A stretch of DNA of 64,000 nucleotides. It comes from Piromyces finnis finn (taxonomy: Eukaryota; Fungi; Neocallimastigomycota). Positions within the stretch are counted from its first letter, which is position 1. Each line of letters starts with the position of its first letter. Both the position numbers and the translations under genes were made by a program. Positions 63,249-64,000 of the stretch are shown here, in pieces. The notes beneath the pieces are model-generated. The model ran no database searches. It was not told the origin of the DNA and worked only from the letters and a program-made list of their open reading frames with translations. Where the stretch lies: contig MCFH01000005.1 of the NCBI GenBank assembly GCA_002104945.1, forward strand, positions 1,054,001 through 1,118,000, read 5' to 3'.

Positions 63249-64000
63249 TAATCTGAGTAAATATCAAGGCTTTTTTTTTATTATTATTTTATTTATTTAT
63301 TTATTTATTTTATTCAATATTATTTAATTTTATTTTATTTATTTATTTTATTCAATATTATTTAATTTTATTTTTATTTTAATTCTATTTAATAATATAG
63401 TACTATCCATTAAAAAAAATACTAATAAAGAAAAGATAAATATAATTATTTGAAGTTTTTTTTTTTTTTTTTTATCTATACAATTTTTTATTTAAATAAT
63501 TATTAGGGAATGATAGAAGTAGAAAATTTATTATGACTCGTCTAAATAGATAACTATTAAATTAATTTAAAAACATAAATTATATATATATATAAAACAA
63601 TATATAATTTACTATTATTAATATTTATATAAAATAACATACAATAAAAAACAAAAACAAAAAAAATTGTTTAAAAATAGGTGTGTGTTTATGTATAAAT
63701 ATATATATATATATATATTTTAGAGATATTACACTATAATAATTGAATAATTGAATAATTCTTTCATTTATAAAAAAAAAAAAAGGTATTAAATAAAATG
63801 ATGCTCTAAAAATTTTAATTCAAAAACAAATTACTCTGAATAATAAAAATAATATTTATATACTGATCATGATTAGGATAATATTTAAATATACATACTT
63901 TTTTTTTTTTTTTAAAAAAATAGAATTTTATTAATATATAATAATAGTGAATAGTTTTAATTATAATAAAATATACATTAAATATATATATATTTATAAT

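Noticed and set aside
1-64000. tRNA, rRNA or intact transposon/retroelement
   Set aside because: No cloverleaf, rRNA-like GC-rich block, LTR/TIR pair or intact transposase/RT ORF was seen by eye. tRNAscan-SE and RepeatMasker would be needed to exclude them formally.

Overview
Extremely AT-rich eukaryotic genomic DNA with short GT-AG introns and long poly-A/T tracts. The composition and gene families point to an anaerobic gut fungus (Neocallimastigomycota); this is inferred, not proven. I find 12 apparently intact genes: a three-exon PMP3-type proteolipid missing from the ORF track; metacaspase MCA1; a polyQ/KIX-like Med15-type coactivator (12 exons); a RhoGEF(DH)-PH-TLDc fusion; two tandem paralogous secreted dumbbell proteins; DNA polymerase delta small subunit (11 exons); a Nab2/ZC3H14-like CCCH protein; an 11-exon beta-helix/EGF/7TM receptor; two intronless bacterial-type DHA2 MFS transporters; and an intronless orphan. 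Several decayed gene or transposon relics lie at 33.7-34.1 and 39.4-42.3 kb. Best leads: (1) the dumbbell proteins, each with a signal peptide, an unassigned six-Cys module at both ends and a huge K-T-L-P Ser/Thr repeat stalk, plus a conserved upstream motif shared by both genes; (2) a hidden last exon of the Nab2-like gene encoding a fourth zinc finger behind a 1.14-kb intron that carries an in-frame stop and an A26 tract. All exon structures were assembled by hand from splice signals and frame continuity. No database searches were run.
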